Origin: an uncultured Cytophagales bacterium
GTDB lineage: Bacteria > Bacteroidota > Bacteroidia > Cytophagales > Spirosomataceae
Reading direction: 5' to 3'
DNA: 64,000 bases
Assembly: GCA_964559125.1 (NCBI GenBank)
Contig: CAZLGW010000020.1
Location: 9,555-73,554 of the forward strand
The notes under the pieces were generated by a model. It had not been told where the DNA came from. It searched no databases and worked only from the letters and a program-made list of their open reading frames with translations. Shown here piece by piece: positions 46,493 through 56,130 of this stretch (positions within the stretch are counted from its first letter, which is position 1; every line of letters starts with the position of its first letter). The position numbers were made by a program, and so were the translations under genes.

Positions 46493-49165
46493 TTACTTCT
46501 CTTTATAAATCGGGTTTTCCTTGTTGCCGCCGGCCATCAGGAATGCCATGAGGTCCTTAAGCTCTTCGGGATTCAGTCCGTTGATCAGGCCGGGAAGCAT
46601 GACGGATATGGTAGAGTATGCTGTGGAGGCGACGTCCTTTTTGGCAACCTTCTGGTGCTCGTCGGGAGTAAAAGGATTCTGGGCTACATAGTAATGGGTA
46701 GCATCTTCGTTGGCGAGTCGGCCGATAATAGACCCCCCGTCTTTCAAAGAGAAGACCGTAGCTGCATATTGGTCGGAGATCGCTTTGTCGGGATCGATAA
46801 TAGCTTCCAGGATATCTTTGGTAGAAAATCTGGTAGCCAGTTGCGTAAGGTCAGGACCGGCGTTTTCCCCTTCACCTGCGATAGTATGACATTTGCTGCA
46901 GAGTACTGCCGAATAGATAAGTTTGCCGGTTTCAAAATCGCGGCCTTTCAGACTGGCCTCATTTATAACTGAATCGGCCTGCGCGAGCGTCCACCTTCTG
47001 CCGGGTCCCTTGATACTATATTGCCCTACGAGGTCATTGCCGCTTTGTGAAAGCTTATCGCCACCCGAAAGCTTGTCATATCTGGCAAATTCAGCCTTAG
47101 GTACATTGGAAAGAGCAATTTTCCTGGCGCGATCCAGGAAACCGACATAGCTGCGTCCTCCCTTTCGGTTGAAAGCATCCTGGTACCATGAGAAATATTT
47201 GTTGCGGCTTTCCTCTGTCCAGCCTGCTTTTTGCTGACTGAGCGCAATGGCATAGTACGTGTGCTGGGGAGAAGGCATTTCAGCAAGCATCCCTGCAATA
47301 TCCAGACCATATTGGGGGTTACGCAACACCAGCTCCGACGAAGCGGTAGCGTAGCTGGCATCCAGCTCCATCTCGTCAGAGGTCTCATCTTTTTCCATCA
47401 GAGCCAGTGTTTTTTCGATTACAGTAGGCGACTGGAGATTGACAAGGAGTTTGATCAGCAATTTGTTCTGATTTGTGGAGTTTGACGGATATTTGCTGTC
47501 GAGGAAAGCTGTCAGTTTGGCTTTTTCGGCTGTCGGCGGGGTGCCATGACGATACAAAGCTACTTCCAGCATACGCAGCCAGGCTATTTTTTGTTCCAGG
47601 GAAAGAGGCTCGAATTCGATGGAAAGCGCTTTATCGATGATAGGCCCAAGATCAGATTTATCACCCTGCCGGGCAAGAGCCAGCAGTGCATTGATAGCAG
47701 CGGAGGCATTCGACTCCTCGCCGACCTTCGCTCTCCATTCTGTAACGGGCTGGTTTTCGACGGCAATCCTGGCGGCGTAGCTTACATAACGGTCTGAATG
47801 CCCCAACTGAGGCCATGCGGCAGCGACAGCGCCCGGATCGTTCCTGCCATGGAATTGCTCCAGGGAAACGCGCAGCTTGCCCTCGGCAGTACGCTCAAAA
47901 GGCACTACGTTTGCATCCGGTTTAAATGATTTGTAGTCTTTATGATACACCCTGTAGAGATCGGAGGCAAGCCTGCGTCCGCCTGTCATAAAATAAAGCG
48001 CACCGTCCGGACCTATTACCCCGTCTGTAAGCGGCAAGGGTACACCAGAAAGAAATTCTTCTCTGTCAGCGGTATAGCTGGCGCCTTCCGGTTTCAGTTT
48101 CAGGGCATGGACAATCCCGAAGCTCCAATCGAAGGCGAATAATGTATTCCGGTATTTTTCAGGAAACCGCGCTTTGTTCGCATAGATAAGGTTGGTTGGT
48201 GATCCGTGTCCGATGTTGATAACGGCAGGTAGATTGTCGGGGTAGGCAGAAGCCCATTTCTGGTTGCCCGTACGCCAACCGAATTCGCTGCCCATAGTGG
48301 CATGATTGATACGTGTCGGTCTGTACCAGGGCTGACCGAAATCCCACTCCATGTCGGCATCATAGACAAAAAGGTCTCCCGCTTCGTTAAAGGCAAGGTC
48401 AAACGGGTTCCGGTACCCCGCGCTTACCAGCTTCCAGTTTTTCCCCTCGGGGTCGATATTGACAACCCAGCCACCTGGCGCATGACGGTCGTTTGCATGG
48501 CCTCTGGGATCTTTAATCAAGGGAAAGAGGTTGTCATCTCCCCAGTTCCTGGGAAGCGTATACTCGTTTACTTCGGGCAGATCGGTATGGTTTCCGGCTA
48601 TGATATACAATGATTGGCTGTCGGGGGAGAGAATAATACTGTGCGGACCGTGCTCCCCGCTGCCTTCGAATTCCCTGATTGTAGTGATCTTATCGTACTG
48701 GTCGTCCCCGTCAGTATCGAAAAGGCGGTATACCCCGCTGTTTGTCCTGAAGTTAGGATTGGGCCGGTTGTTGATAACTACATAGAGGCTGTTAAAAGCA
48801 TACAGCAGCCCGTTGGCGTATCCCATAACAAGGCTGTCCTTATCCCAGGAAATGCTCAGTTTTTCAACCTTTACAGAATCTTTCGACCCGATCTCGGGAA
48901 TAGTGGTCCTGAAAAGCCCTCCATATTGATCTGAAGTGATTAACCTGCCCTTGTCATCAAAAGCCATGGCTACCCATGAGCCTTCCTCATGGTCGGAGGG
49001 ACTGTAAAGATGTTCGGCGACGAAACCCGGCTGCAACTTTAGTTTTTCGGTTTTGGGGTCGGTTTCTGCCGGTTTTTCCGGCGATCCGCAGCTTTGCAGA
49101 AAGTAAAGCCCGACCAGTGCAAAAGCGCCCCAGCCAATGGAGCGTTTGTAAGGCTTGGTTAACAT
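46493..49165 (-). CDS. Membrane-bound dehydrogenase-like lipoprotein with PVC-type c-heme domain (beta-propeller, HEAT repeats, CxxCH)
   Basis: Lipobox FLQSC; GYRNPFDLAFN, GPDGALYF, CSKCH, GPDLTQLATRFS...SIMLPGL-like C-terminal pattern; ATG at 49165 preferred over 49207. Confidence 0.82.
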   Translation of the reverse strand: MLTKPYKRSIGWGAFALVGLYFLQSCGSPEKPAETDPKTEKLKLQPGFVAEHLYSPSDHEEGSWVAMAFDDKGRLITSDQYGGLFRTTIPEIGSKDSVKVEKLSISWDKDSLVMGYANGLLYAFNSLYVVINNRPNPNFRTNSGVYRLFDTDGDDQYDKITTIREFEGSGEHGPHSIILSPDSQSLYIIAGNHTDLPEVNEYTLPRNWGDDNLFPLIKDPRGHANDRHAPGGWVVNIDPEGKNWKLVSAGYRNPFDLAFNEAGDLFVYDADMEWDFGQPWYRPTRINHATMGSEFGWRTGNQKWASAYPDNLPAVINIGHGSPTNLIYANKARFPEKYRNTLFAFDWSFGIVHALKLKPEGASYTADREEFLSGVPLPLTDGVIGPDGALYFMTGGRRLASDLYRVYHKDYKSFKPDANVVPFERTAEGKLRVSLEQFHGRNDPGAVAAAWPQLGHSDRYVSYAARIAVENQPVTEWRAKVGEESNASAAINALLALARQGDKSDLGPIIDKALSIEFEPLSLEQKIAWLRMLEVALYRHGTPPTAEKAKLTAFLDSKYPSNSTNQNKLLIKLLVNLQSPTVIEKTLALMEKDETSDEMELDASYATASSELVLRNPQYGLDIAGMLAEMPSPQHTYYAIALSQQKAGWTEESRNKYFSWYQDAFNRKGGRSYVGFLDRARKIALSNVPKAEFARYDKLSGGDKLSQSGNDLVGQYSIKGPGRRWTLAQADSVINEASLKGRDFETGKLIYSAVLCSKCHTIAGEGENAGPDLTQLATRFSTKDILEAIIDPDKAISDQYAATVFSLKDGGSIIGRLANEDATHYYVAQNPFTPDEHQKVAKKDVASTAYSTISVMLPGLINGLNPEELKDLMAFLMAGGNKENPIYKEK

Positions 49166-49369
49166 AGAAGAAAATGAATGGTAGTTTATGACAAATGGGA
49201 AAAACAATAGGGTTTAATGGAATAATTATTTCTCTTATGCAAAAAACAATAAAGATCCGCGCAGTCTATCCTGCGCTATCCTGACTTCCTGCTGCCAGCT
49301 TTTTGCTCACGTATTTTTCAAACCGGAGACAGGCTGTGGATAGCGGGTTTACTATATTAATGAGAATTC

Positions 49370-50539
49370 TCAGTTCTGGATCTTCCTCGGGGCTATCGGC
49401 GTTACGTTCAGCCGGCTGTCGTCAAGGGTTTTGACCGGCTCTTCACTGCCGTTGAGATCGTTTTCGTTCCTGAGGCGCTCATTTTCCTGCTGGCTGATAC
49501 GCCAGAGCCCGTTTCGGGCCGGGACATACCCCGGTGTAATTTCGAGCTCTTTTTCGTAGTATGATCTCGCAGTATTGAAGCGCCACATCTTCTCCTGGCA
49601 AAAGCCTATCAGGTAGTTTATGGCGGTGTAGTCAGGTTTTTGCCGCTGAATATCTTCGTAGATCCGGAGTGCGGCCGGGTAGTTTCTCGACCTGGTGTAG
49701 AGGGCTGCCGTTTCTGCGAGGAGATCCAGGTTTCCCTTGTCGGTCTGAAGCGCTTTCGTATAGTAGATCAGGGCGCTGTCGGGGAGGGACCTGTCGCTGT
49801 ACAGCCTGCCCATTTCCACGAGCAACTCAGTATTGGAGGGAAAATACTGAAGTCCTGTACCGAGTATACGCCGGGCGTCGCCGAAATCTCCCTTTTTGGT
49901 GTAGATTGTTGAGGCTTGCCGGTAAGCCCGGTAAAATTCCGGGTTTAATTCCAGCGCCCTTTCCATAGAGAGCAGCCCCTGCAGCGTGTCTCCTGTTTTG
50001 GTTTGCAGCATTCCCTGCACATAGTGGACGGACGCCTCATAAGGAGCCAACGCCAGAACGCCGTTTATATATCGCGTCGATTCGTTATATTTTTTATTTT
50101 CCTGGAGTATGTCTGCCATCAGGATATACAGGCGGGGGCTTTTCTGCTGAAGCGCTTCTGCTCTTTCGGCATCCAGCAGAGCGTCGTCAAGACGATTCAG
50201 CTCCCTGTTGATAATCCCGCGGAGCAGGTAGTATTCACCGACATTATCCCTTGCCGCAATTGCATGATTGATATCGTTAAGAGCCGATTCGAAATCCCCT
50301 TTTTCCAGGTAAATTTTTGCACGCTTGTAATAACTACCTGAAAGATCGATCCTTCTCCTGATGCAGTCGGTGAGGAAAGCCAGGCGGTCTCTCTCCTTCC
50401 TGCTTTCAAAATCGGCTGTATAAGGCGGCGGTATATGCGCGTTGTTATGATCGGTATTGCTACAGCCCGAAAGCAGTTGAAGCCCTATCCAGCACCATAT
50501 TATTCCCGGTATAAAAAGAGGCCGGCACATATCTTTCAA
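49370..50539 (-). CDS. TPR-repeat lipoprotein
   Basis: LLSGC lipobox; repeated helical TPR patterns (A..D...A, YY..G, AL..NP). Confidence 0.85.
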   Translation of the reverse strand: MKDMCRPLFIPGIIWCWIGLQLLSGCSNTDHNNAHIPPPYTADFESRKERDRLAFLTDCIRRRIDLSGSYYKRAKIYLEKGDFESALNDINHAIAARDNVGEYYLLRGIINRELNRLDDALLDAERAEALQQKSPRLYILMADILQENKKYNESTRYINGVLALAPYEASVHYVQGMLQTKTGDTLQGLLSMERALELNPEFYRAYRQASTIYTKKGDFGDARRILGTGLQYFPSNTELLVEMGRLYSDRSLPDSALIYYTKALQTDKGNLDLLAETAALYTRSRNYPAALRIYEDIQRQKPDYTAINYLIGFCQEKMWRFNTARSYYEKELEITPGYVPARNGLWRISQQENERLRNENDLNGSEEPVKTLDDSRLNVTPIAPRKIQN

Positions 50540-51417
50540 TGATCTGAAAACCTGAAAAAAATGCCTAACGGAAGTTTATTCCCGCTTCTGTCGGGGAGAA
50601 ACAGCTCCCCGAATTCCCTGTTGGGGGCGTCGGGGAAATGCACCCTGAACAGGTTCTCCAGGATCATGGCGGAGAAACCGAGGGAATAAAGATTGATAAC
50701 AAGGAAAAAGTCCTCTTTTGTCAGAAGCTGCACCGATAATTCAAGGAGCTCATTGATATGGGACTCCAGCAGCCATTTCTCTCCGGCCGGCCCTCTTCCA
50801 TATGCCGGAGGGTCAAGGATGATACCGTTGTATTTTTTATTCCTTCGTACTTCACGTTTTACAAATTTCAGGGCGTCTTCCACCACCCAGCGGATATTGT
50901 CAAGCCCCGACATTTCCATATTGGCGCGCGCCCAGGAAATAACGGGTTTGACAGCATCTACATGCGTCACATCAGCCCCCATTTGCCTGGCGGCCAGCGA
51001 GGCCAGTCCGGTATAGGCAAAAAGATTGAGCACAGCGGGCTGCGTAGTCTGCATCCGAGACAGCTTGCCGCCAATGTATTCCCAGTTTTCGGCTTGCTCG
51101 GGGAATAAGCCTACATGTTTAAAAGAAGACAGGGAGACCTTACTCTTTAAATCCAGCTGCTCCGATTTATAACTGAAAACCCAGTTATCGGGCATACTTT
51201 TGCGCAATATCCATTGCCCTTTTTCATCTGAGTTCTTGTCCCGTCTGAAAACCGCATCCGACAGCTCCTCCCACTTTTCTTCAGACAGGCTTTTGGCCCA
51301 AACAGCCTGAGGTTCGGGGCGTGCCAATATATAACGGCCAAATCTTTCGAGCTTTTCGAAGCCGCCGGTGTCAATCAATTCGTAGTCGCTGAGCGTGTCA
51401 GGTGTGATCAGTTGCAC
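50536..51417 (-). CDS. Class I SAM-dependent methyltransferase (RlmI-like, short form)
   Basis: HVGLFPEQA, VLNLFAYTG, VTHVDA, IILDPPAYGRG; GTG at 51417 preferred because the track's start (51564) overlaps the upstream gene by 127 nt. Confidence 0.85.
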   Translation of the reverse strand: MQLITPDTLSDYELIDTGGFEKLERFGRYILARPEPQAVWAKSLSEEKWEELSDAVFRRDKNSDEKGQWILRKSMPDNWVFSYKSEQLDLKSKVSLSSFKHVGLFPEQAENWEYIGGKLSRMQTTQPAVLNLFAYTGLASLAARQMGADVTHVDAVKPVISWARANMEMSGLDNIRWVVEDALKFVKREVRRNKKYNGIILDPPAYGRGPAGEKWLLESHINELLELSVQLLTKEDFFLVINLYSLGFSAMILENLFRVHFPDAPNREFGELFLPDRSGNKLPLGIFFRFSDH

Positions 51418-51437
51418 TTTTTTCAGGCTGTTATTGC

Positions 51438-53027
51438 TTACCGGAAGGTAAGTTTGTTCAGGTAGAAAATATTGCGACGGCCTCTCGTCGAGACATCGCC
51501 GGTTTGCGCATTGGCAATTTTTTGCTGTCCCCAGGCCAGGTAGTAAGGACCGTACCAATGGCATACCTCGTCGGTGGTCGTGCTTCTTATCCGGTCACCC
51601 TCCTGGTCGGTAGGCAGGGCAATGCTCCGGCCTTCCTGTACGGTGACGTCCCTTTTTACAATTTTTGTCCAGACAGTACCTTTATTTCCGTACACGATCT
51701 GAGTTTCCCCGTCAGGTTTCATCGTTGCAGTGACTTTTTCTCTCAATTCACTGCTTTTGACATTATCGAAAGTAATGCTGTTGTCCCACAGGAGCTTGCC
51801 TGAGAAGTCGATACCGGCTACGATCGCATGCGTGTACACAAATCCGTCGAGTACCTGGTTGCCGTTCCCGTAGTATCTTCCTGCACCGTAATAGGGATTG
51901 AAGAAATAGGGATTGTATAATCCATAGCCGAATCCGGAGCCGAAAAGCCAGGGATTTCCCCAGTAGCTTCGCGCTCCGTAAAGGTTATTGTTGTATTTGT
52001 ATTCGGGATAAAACGCTTCGGCTACGATCAGGTACTGGTTGCCGGAAGGGATGATGTCGTGTACCAGGAGCCGGTAATTAAGCTTGAGATCGCCGCCGTC
52101 TTCTTTCTTCTTCTGTATCCGCCGCTCCATTTTCTCAAGCTGCCTGCCGCTGAGAAAATCAAAAAAATGTTTGAAGTCGGTAAAGCTGTGATACTCGGTA
52201 AACTGTTCCTGGTTATGCACAAATTTGGAAATATAGAGCCCCTGGGAGGCAGCTGTCGTTGAGCTCTGGCGATCGCTGTGCCCGTAAGTGCCTATCAGCA
52301 GTTTTTCCGATTCGTTGAGTACCTGGAGCCGGCCGTTAAGCAGCGAATACCCGTCCTGCGGCTCGGCACCCACTTCCGATATCAGCTGGCCGCTTTCGTC
52401 ATAAGACCGGGCTACTATTTTAAGTGATCGCCTGCTTTTGATGGCCATACTTATGTTGACCAGTTGGTGGGTGGTATCGACCTCTACCGATTGAATAGAG
52501 AGAGCTCCTTTTACGGCGGTGGGCAGTATTTTTGACTGGCCTGTCTGCAGGTTTGTGTGGATCAGCACGGGCTCATCACGTAGCGTGCCTGCCATAAAAG
52601 CGGCGTAGCCGAGGGTTTTGAAATCGGTAATGAGAAACCGGTCAATAGTCCTGAACATGAAATTCTCGACAAAACCGGGTCCTGCGCTTACTTTCACTAC
52701 CTGGTATTCGGAGCTGCGGTAACGGTTAAAAAGCAGGCAGATAGAAGAGCCATCGTACGAGGCGGCTGCGAAATCCAGATTGGAAAGAATGTCGCCGTCG
52801 TTAGACCATTCTTCTTCGAGATCGGCATCCAGTTTCTGGATCCTGTACTTTCGTTTCTGCGGTTTTGAAATAAGAGCTACTCCCTTGGCGCCCAGCGGCA
52901 CGGTATGATAGGAATCGCTTTCTCCGGGAAGAGGTAATTCCACCCGGAATTTTTCCTGGGCATTTCCCGGCAGAATGACGCCGATACCCAGGAGCAGGCC
53001 AACCAGCAGTGTCAGGTATTTATTCAT
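51438..53027 (-). CDS. Secreted hypothetical protein with a G/Y-rich low-complexity insert
   Basis: 529 aa, signal peptide, 8-nt overlap with the EVE gene; no family recognised. Confidence 0.7.
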   Translation of the reverse strand: MNKYLTLLVGLLLGIGVILPGNAQEKFRVELPLPGESDSYHTVPLGAKGVALISKPQKRKYRIQKLDADLEEEWSNDGDILSNLDFAAASYDGSSICLLFNRYRSSEYQVVKVSAGPGFVENFMFRTIDRFLITDFKTLGYAAFMAGTLRDEPVLIHTNLQTGQSKILPTAVKGALSIQSVEVDTTHQLVNISMAIKSRRSLKIVARSYDESGQLISEVGAEPQDGYSLLNGRLQVLNESEKLLIGTYGHSDRQSSTTAASQGLYISKFVHNQEQFTEYHSFTDFKHFFDFLSGRQLEKMERRIQKKKEDGGDLKLNYRLLVHDIIPSGNQYLIVAEAFYPEYKYNNNLYGARSYWGNPWLFGSGFGYGLYNPYFFNPYYGAGRYYGNGNQVLDGFVYTHAIVAGIDFSGKLLWDNSITFDNVKSSELREKVTATMKPDGETQIVYGNKGTVWTKIVKRDVTVQEGRSIALPTDQEGDRIRSTTTDEVCHWYGPYYLAWGQQKIANAQTGDVSTRGRRNIFYLNKLTFR

Positions 53028-53427
53028 GTGCCATTCCTACGATGATGTCGAATTCAGCTTTGCCGATGGGCTGAACGGAAAGCCTGGACTGTGTTACCAG
53101 CGGAATATGCTGCAGCCTGCTATCGGCTTTTACGCGCTCGAGTGTAACCGTTTTTGGAAACTTCTCAACAGGTACGAGCTCCACTACCACCCACCTGGGA
53201 TCGTCGGTGGTAGGATCGGGATAGTGCTCCTTCGATACTTTTGCCATGCCTACTACTTCTTTGCCTTCATTGCTATGGTAAAAAAGTACCAGGTCATCCA
53301 CCTTCATCGCCATCAGGTTATTCCGGGCAGCGTAGTTCCTTACTCCATCCCACACTGCTGTCTTTTCATTTACAAAATGATCCCATGAGTACTTAAAAGG
53401 TTCGGATTTGACAAGCCAGTAGTTCAT
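53020..53427 (-). CDS. EVE domain protein
   Basis: MNYWLVKSEP, WDGVRNYAARN, LFYHS, SRLSVQP. Confidence 0.93.
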   Translation of the reverse strand: MNYWLVKSEPFKYSWDHFVNEKTAVWDGVRNYAARNNLMAMKVDDLVLFYHSNEGKEVVGMAKVSKEHYPDPTTDDPRWVVVELVPVEKFPKTVTLERVKADSRLQHIPLVTQSRLSVQPIGKAEFDIIVGMAHE

Positions 53428-53434
53428 TTTTTTT

Positions 53435-53464
53435 AATTAGACAATTAGATAATTAGACAATTAG
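53435..53464. repeat. Tandem AATTAGAY octamer array (3.75 units)
   Basis: AATTAGAC AATTAGAT AATTAGAC AATTAG; same unit as at 3623-3690. Confidence 0.8.
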
Positions 53465-53520
53465 TTTTCGGAAAATTCCCTCTCCTAACGCCTATCGGGA
53501 GTCTTTTCAGAGACGTCTCT

Positions 53521-53553
53521 CCTCCTCTCCTGTTAAGGAGGGGCCGGGGGAGG
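53521..53553 (+). repeat. REP-like GC-rich hairpin element just 3' of menB
   Basis: CCTCTCC-TGTTAA-GGAGGGG followed by CCGGGGGAGG; a degenerate second copy at about 53477-53500. Confidence 0.45.
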
Positions 53554-53555
53554 TC

Positions 53556-54380
53556 TCAGGGGAATTTCGGGAATTTATCGAAATCCGGTTTTCTTTTTTC
53601 CAGGAAGGAGTTGAAGCCTTCTTTAGCCTCGTCGCTGAGATAGTACAGGAGTGTGGCATTTCCTGCCAGTTCCTGTATTCCTGCCTGTCCGTCAAGCTCG
53701 GCATTGAAGGCACTTTTGAGCATCCTGACGGCCAGAGGGCTTTTTACCTGTATTTTCCTGCACCATTTTACGGTCTCTTCTTCGAGCTGTTCAAGGGGAA
53801 CAACCTTATTGACCAGTCCCATATCGAGGGCTTCACGGGCGTCGTACTGATCGCACAGGAACCAGATCTCCCTGGCTTTTTTCTGTCCGACGATGCGTGC
53901 CAGATAGGAAGCGCCAAAGCCTCCGTCAAAACTCCCCACCATAGGGCCGGTTTGTCCGAACCTGGCATTTTCAGCTGCTATTGTCATGTCGCATACGACG
54001 TGCAGTACATGGCCCCCGCCGATAGCCCAGCCGGCTACGCTGGCGATGACGACCTTGGGGATAGAACGGATCATTTTCTGCAGGTCGAGCACGTTCAACC
54101 GGGGTACGTGATCTTCTCCTACGTATCCGCCGTGCCCGCGGACCGACTGGTCGCCGCCGGAGCAGAAGGCCTTTCCTCCTTCGCCGGTGAGAATGATCAC
54201 CTGGATACGCATATCTTCCCTGCAGATGTGCATGGCATCAATCATTTCCTGCACGGTCTGGGGGGTAAAGGCATTATGTTTATGGGGTCTGTTGATGCTG
54301 ATACGGGCTATCCCTTCGTAAAACTGGAACAAAATATCATTGTAGGACCTGAGAGTTTCCCACTGAATTTTTTCTGACAT
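53556..54380 (-). CDS. menB: 1,4-dihydroxy-2-naphthoyl-CoA synthase
   Basis: [54 protein letters not shown]. Confidence 0.97.
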   Translation of the reverse strand: MSEKIQWETLRSYNDILFQFYEGIARISINRPHKHNAFTPQTVQEMIDAMHICREDMRIQVIILTGEGGKAFCSGGDQSVRGHGGYVGEDHVPRLNVLDLQKMIRSIPKVVIASVAGWAIGGGHVLHVVCDMTIAAENARFGQTGPMVGSFDGGFGASYLARIVGQKKAREIWFLCDQYDAREALDMGLVNKVVPLEQLEEETVKWCRKIQVKSPLAVRMLKSAFNAELDGQAGIQELAGNATLLYYLSDEAKEGFNSFLEKRKPDFDKFPKFP

Positions 54381-54497
54381 AATAAACTGGATTCAGATGA
54401 TCGGCAATATTAATATCCCGTAAAGGTAAAAGGATATGGTGAAGAATCCGCTACTATACCCGGTGCGGCCGGTGCAAACATTTAAAAGAGCTGCATA

Positions 54498-55895
54498 TTA
54501 TTTCCCCTTTCTCTGGAATACCAGCAGGACAGTACGGGCAATAAGCCACAGGTCGGTTTTCAGGCTCGGGTTGTCTACGTAGATCAGGTCGTAATTGAGC
54601 CTTTTTACTGACTCCTCAGGGTTGTCGGCATACCCGACCTTCACCTGCCCGATAGAAGTAATGCCGGGTTTGACAGTCAGGGCGCGTTTGAATTTGGTGG
54701 GAGATTGCTTCATAAGCATTTCGACATCATACCTGGCCAGCGGCCGCGGGCCCACGATAGACATGTCGCCGGCTATTACATTGAAAAACTGGGGGAGCTC
54801 GTCCAACCGGGTTTTTCTCAGGAACATACCGAATTTGGTGATCCTTTTATCGCCGGCTCCCGTAGAATGCTTTTGCGCTATTTTGTCGGCGTCGCGTACC
54901 ATACTTCTGAATTTGATGATTTTGAAAGGCTCTCCCCAGCGGCCTGAACGTTCCTGCAGGAAAAAGATAGGTCCGTTGGAAGTAAGCTTGACAAGGATCG
55001 CTATGATTACAAATACAGGGAAGCCCAGTATCACGACGAGAAGAGAAAAGGTTAGGTCGAAGGCCCTTTTGAGCACTTCATTACGTACGTTGGAAAACGC
55101 CTTGGTAGTAATATTGATAACCGGGATATAGTCGTGATACTCAAGGGTGGCATCGTTGGTAAGGAACCCCCTGAAGTCGATCTGAAGCATAATTTTGATC
55201 TTATGCTTCTCGCCCAGCTGGATGATCGCCTGCAGATCGCGGTTGTCGAGGTAAGGCTGGCAGCAGTAAATATGGTCGATGCGCTCGTCCATAATATATT
55301 CTTCCAACAGGTCAAGGTTGTCATGCCATGTCTTTACGGAAGGATCCTGAGCTTGTTTATCGAAATACCCTTTGAATATATACCCCATATCGGGGTTCAT
55401 TTCATAGTAATTTTTAATAGTGTCTGAGAGCTCTCCGTACCCTATAATAATATAATTACGCTTGTTAAACCCGCTTAGCCGGTAACGCTTGATAAAATAG
55501 GTTGCCGCTATCCGCCACGCAACACCGAGGAAAGCCAGTATGAAGTAAAAGAGGACCAGATGCCCTCTCGAATAGTAGTAACCCTTTACAAATACCCAGA
55601 AAGTAAGCACCAGGGCAAGATGGAACGCCAGGATCTTAAAGAAGGAAGATAAAAGGGTGTTAAGATTAAAATTATGTCTTGAATGCTGGTATGGCTTGGC
55701 AATGAGCACCAGGACAATCCAGAGCAGGGTATTTAAAAGCCAGAAAATCGTGTAGTGCAGCTCCGACACCGGCAGCTTGTTCTGGCCTATCAGTACATAC
55801 CTGATCCAAAGTGCACCGAGAAATGCCGCGTTCAGAATAATAAGGTCTGAAACGAGCTGTATGGTGGAAAAGTAAGAGGAGTACCGGTGGCGCAT
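54498..55895 (-). CDS. Undecaprenyl-phosphate sugar phosphotransferase (WcaJ/WbaP-like priming glycosyltransferase)
   Basis: N-terminal transmembrane block, CoA-binding-like region, KRAFD, KFRSM, RLDELPQFFNV..GDMSIVGPRP, VKPGIT. Confidence 0.9.
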   Translation of the reverse strand: MRHRYSSYFSTIQLVSDLIILNAAFLGALWIRYVLIGQNKLPVSELHYTIFWLLNTLLWIVLVLIAKPYQHSRHNFNLNTLLSSFFKILAFHLALVLTFWVFVKGYYYSRGHLVLFYFILAFLGVAWRIAATYFIKRYRLSGFNKRNYIIIGYGELSDTIKNYYEMNPDMGYIFKGYFDKQAQDPSVKTWHDNLDLLEEYIMDERIDHIYCCQPYLDNRDLQAIIQLGEKHKIKIMLQIDFRGFLTNDATLEYHDYIPVINITTKAFSNVRNEVLKRAFDLTFSLLVVILGFPVFVIIAILVKLTSNGPIFFLQERSGRWGEPFKIIKFRSMVRDADKIAQKHSTGAGDKRITKFGMFLRKTRLDELPQFFNVIAGDMSIVGPRPLARYDVEMLMKQSPTKFKRALTVKPGITSIGQVKVGYADNPEESVKRLNYDLIYVDNPSLKTDLWLIARTVLLVFQRKGK

Positions 55896-55983
55896 GTTCA
55901 GATAAGAACTGGGTATGGATCTTCTGTTTCTTTGTATTGAAACATTCTTCGTGTCGAAACGCGTGTAATAGGGGCGGATAATG

Positions 55984-55991
55984 CAAATCTA
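55984..55991 (-). promoter_or_regulatory. -7 box TAGATTTG upstream of the wcaJ-like gene
   Basis: Reverse complement of CAAATCTA, 88 nt upstream of the ATG. Confidence 0.45.
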
Positions 55992-56130
55992 AGATAATTC
56001 CGGGTGCAACCGCATGTTTGGCCTGAATTTATTAACTTTCCGACGTATTTGGTACCGGTGCCGGTCGTGTGGGCGGATACAGCACTGCTACTGTCCGTAT
56101 TTGAATTAACGTTAATTATAAACCAGAAAA

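Noticed and set aside
49269-49295. CTATCCTG repeated twice plus a degenerate copy
   Set aside because: Too short and degenerate to support a call
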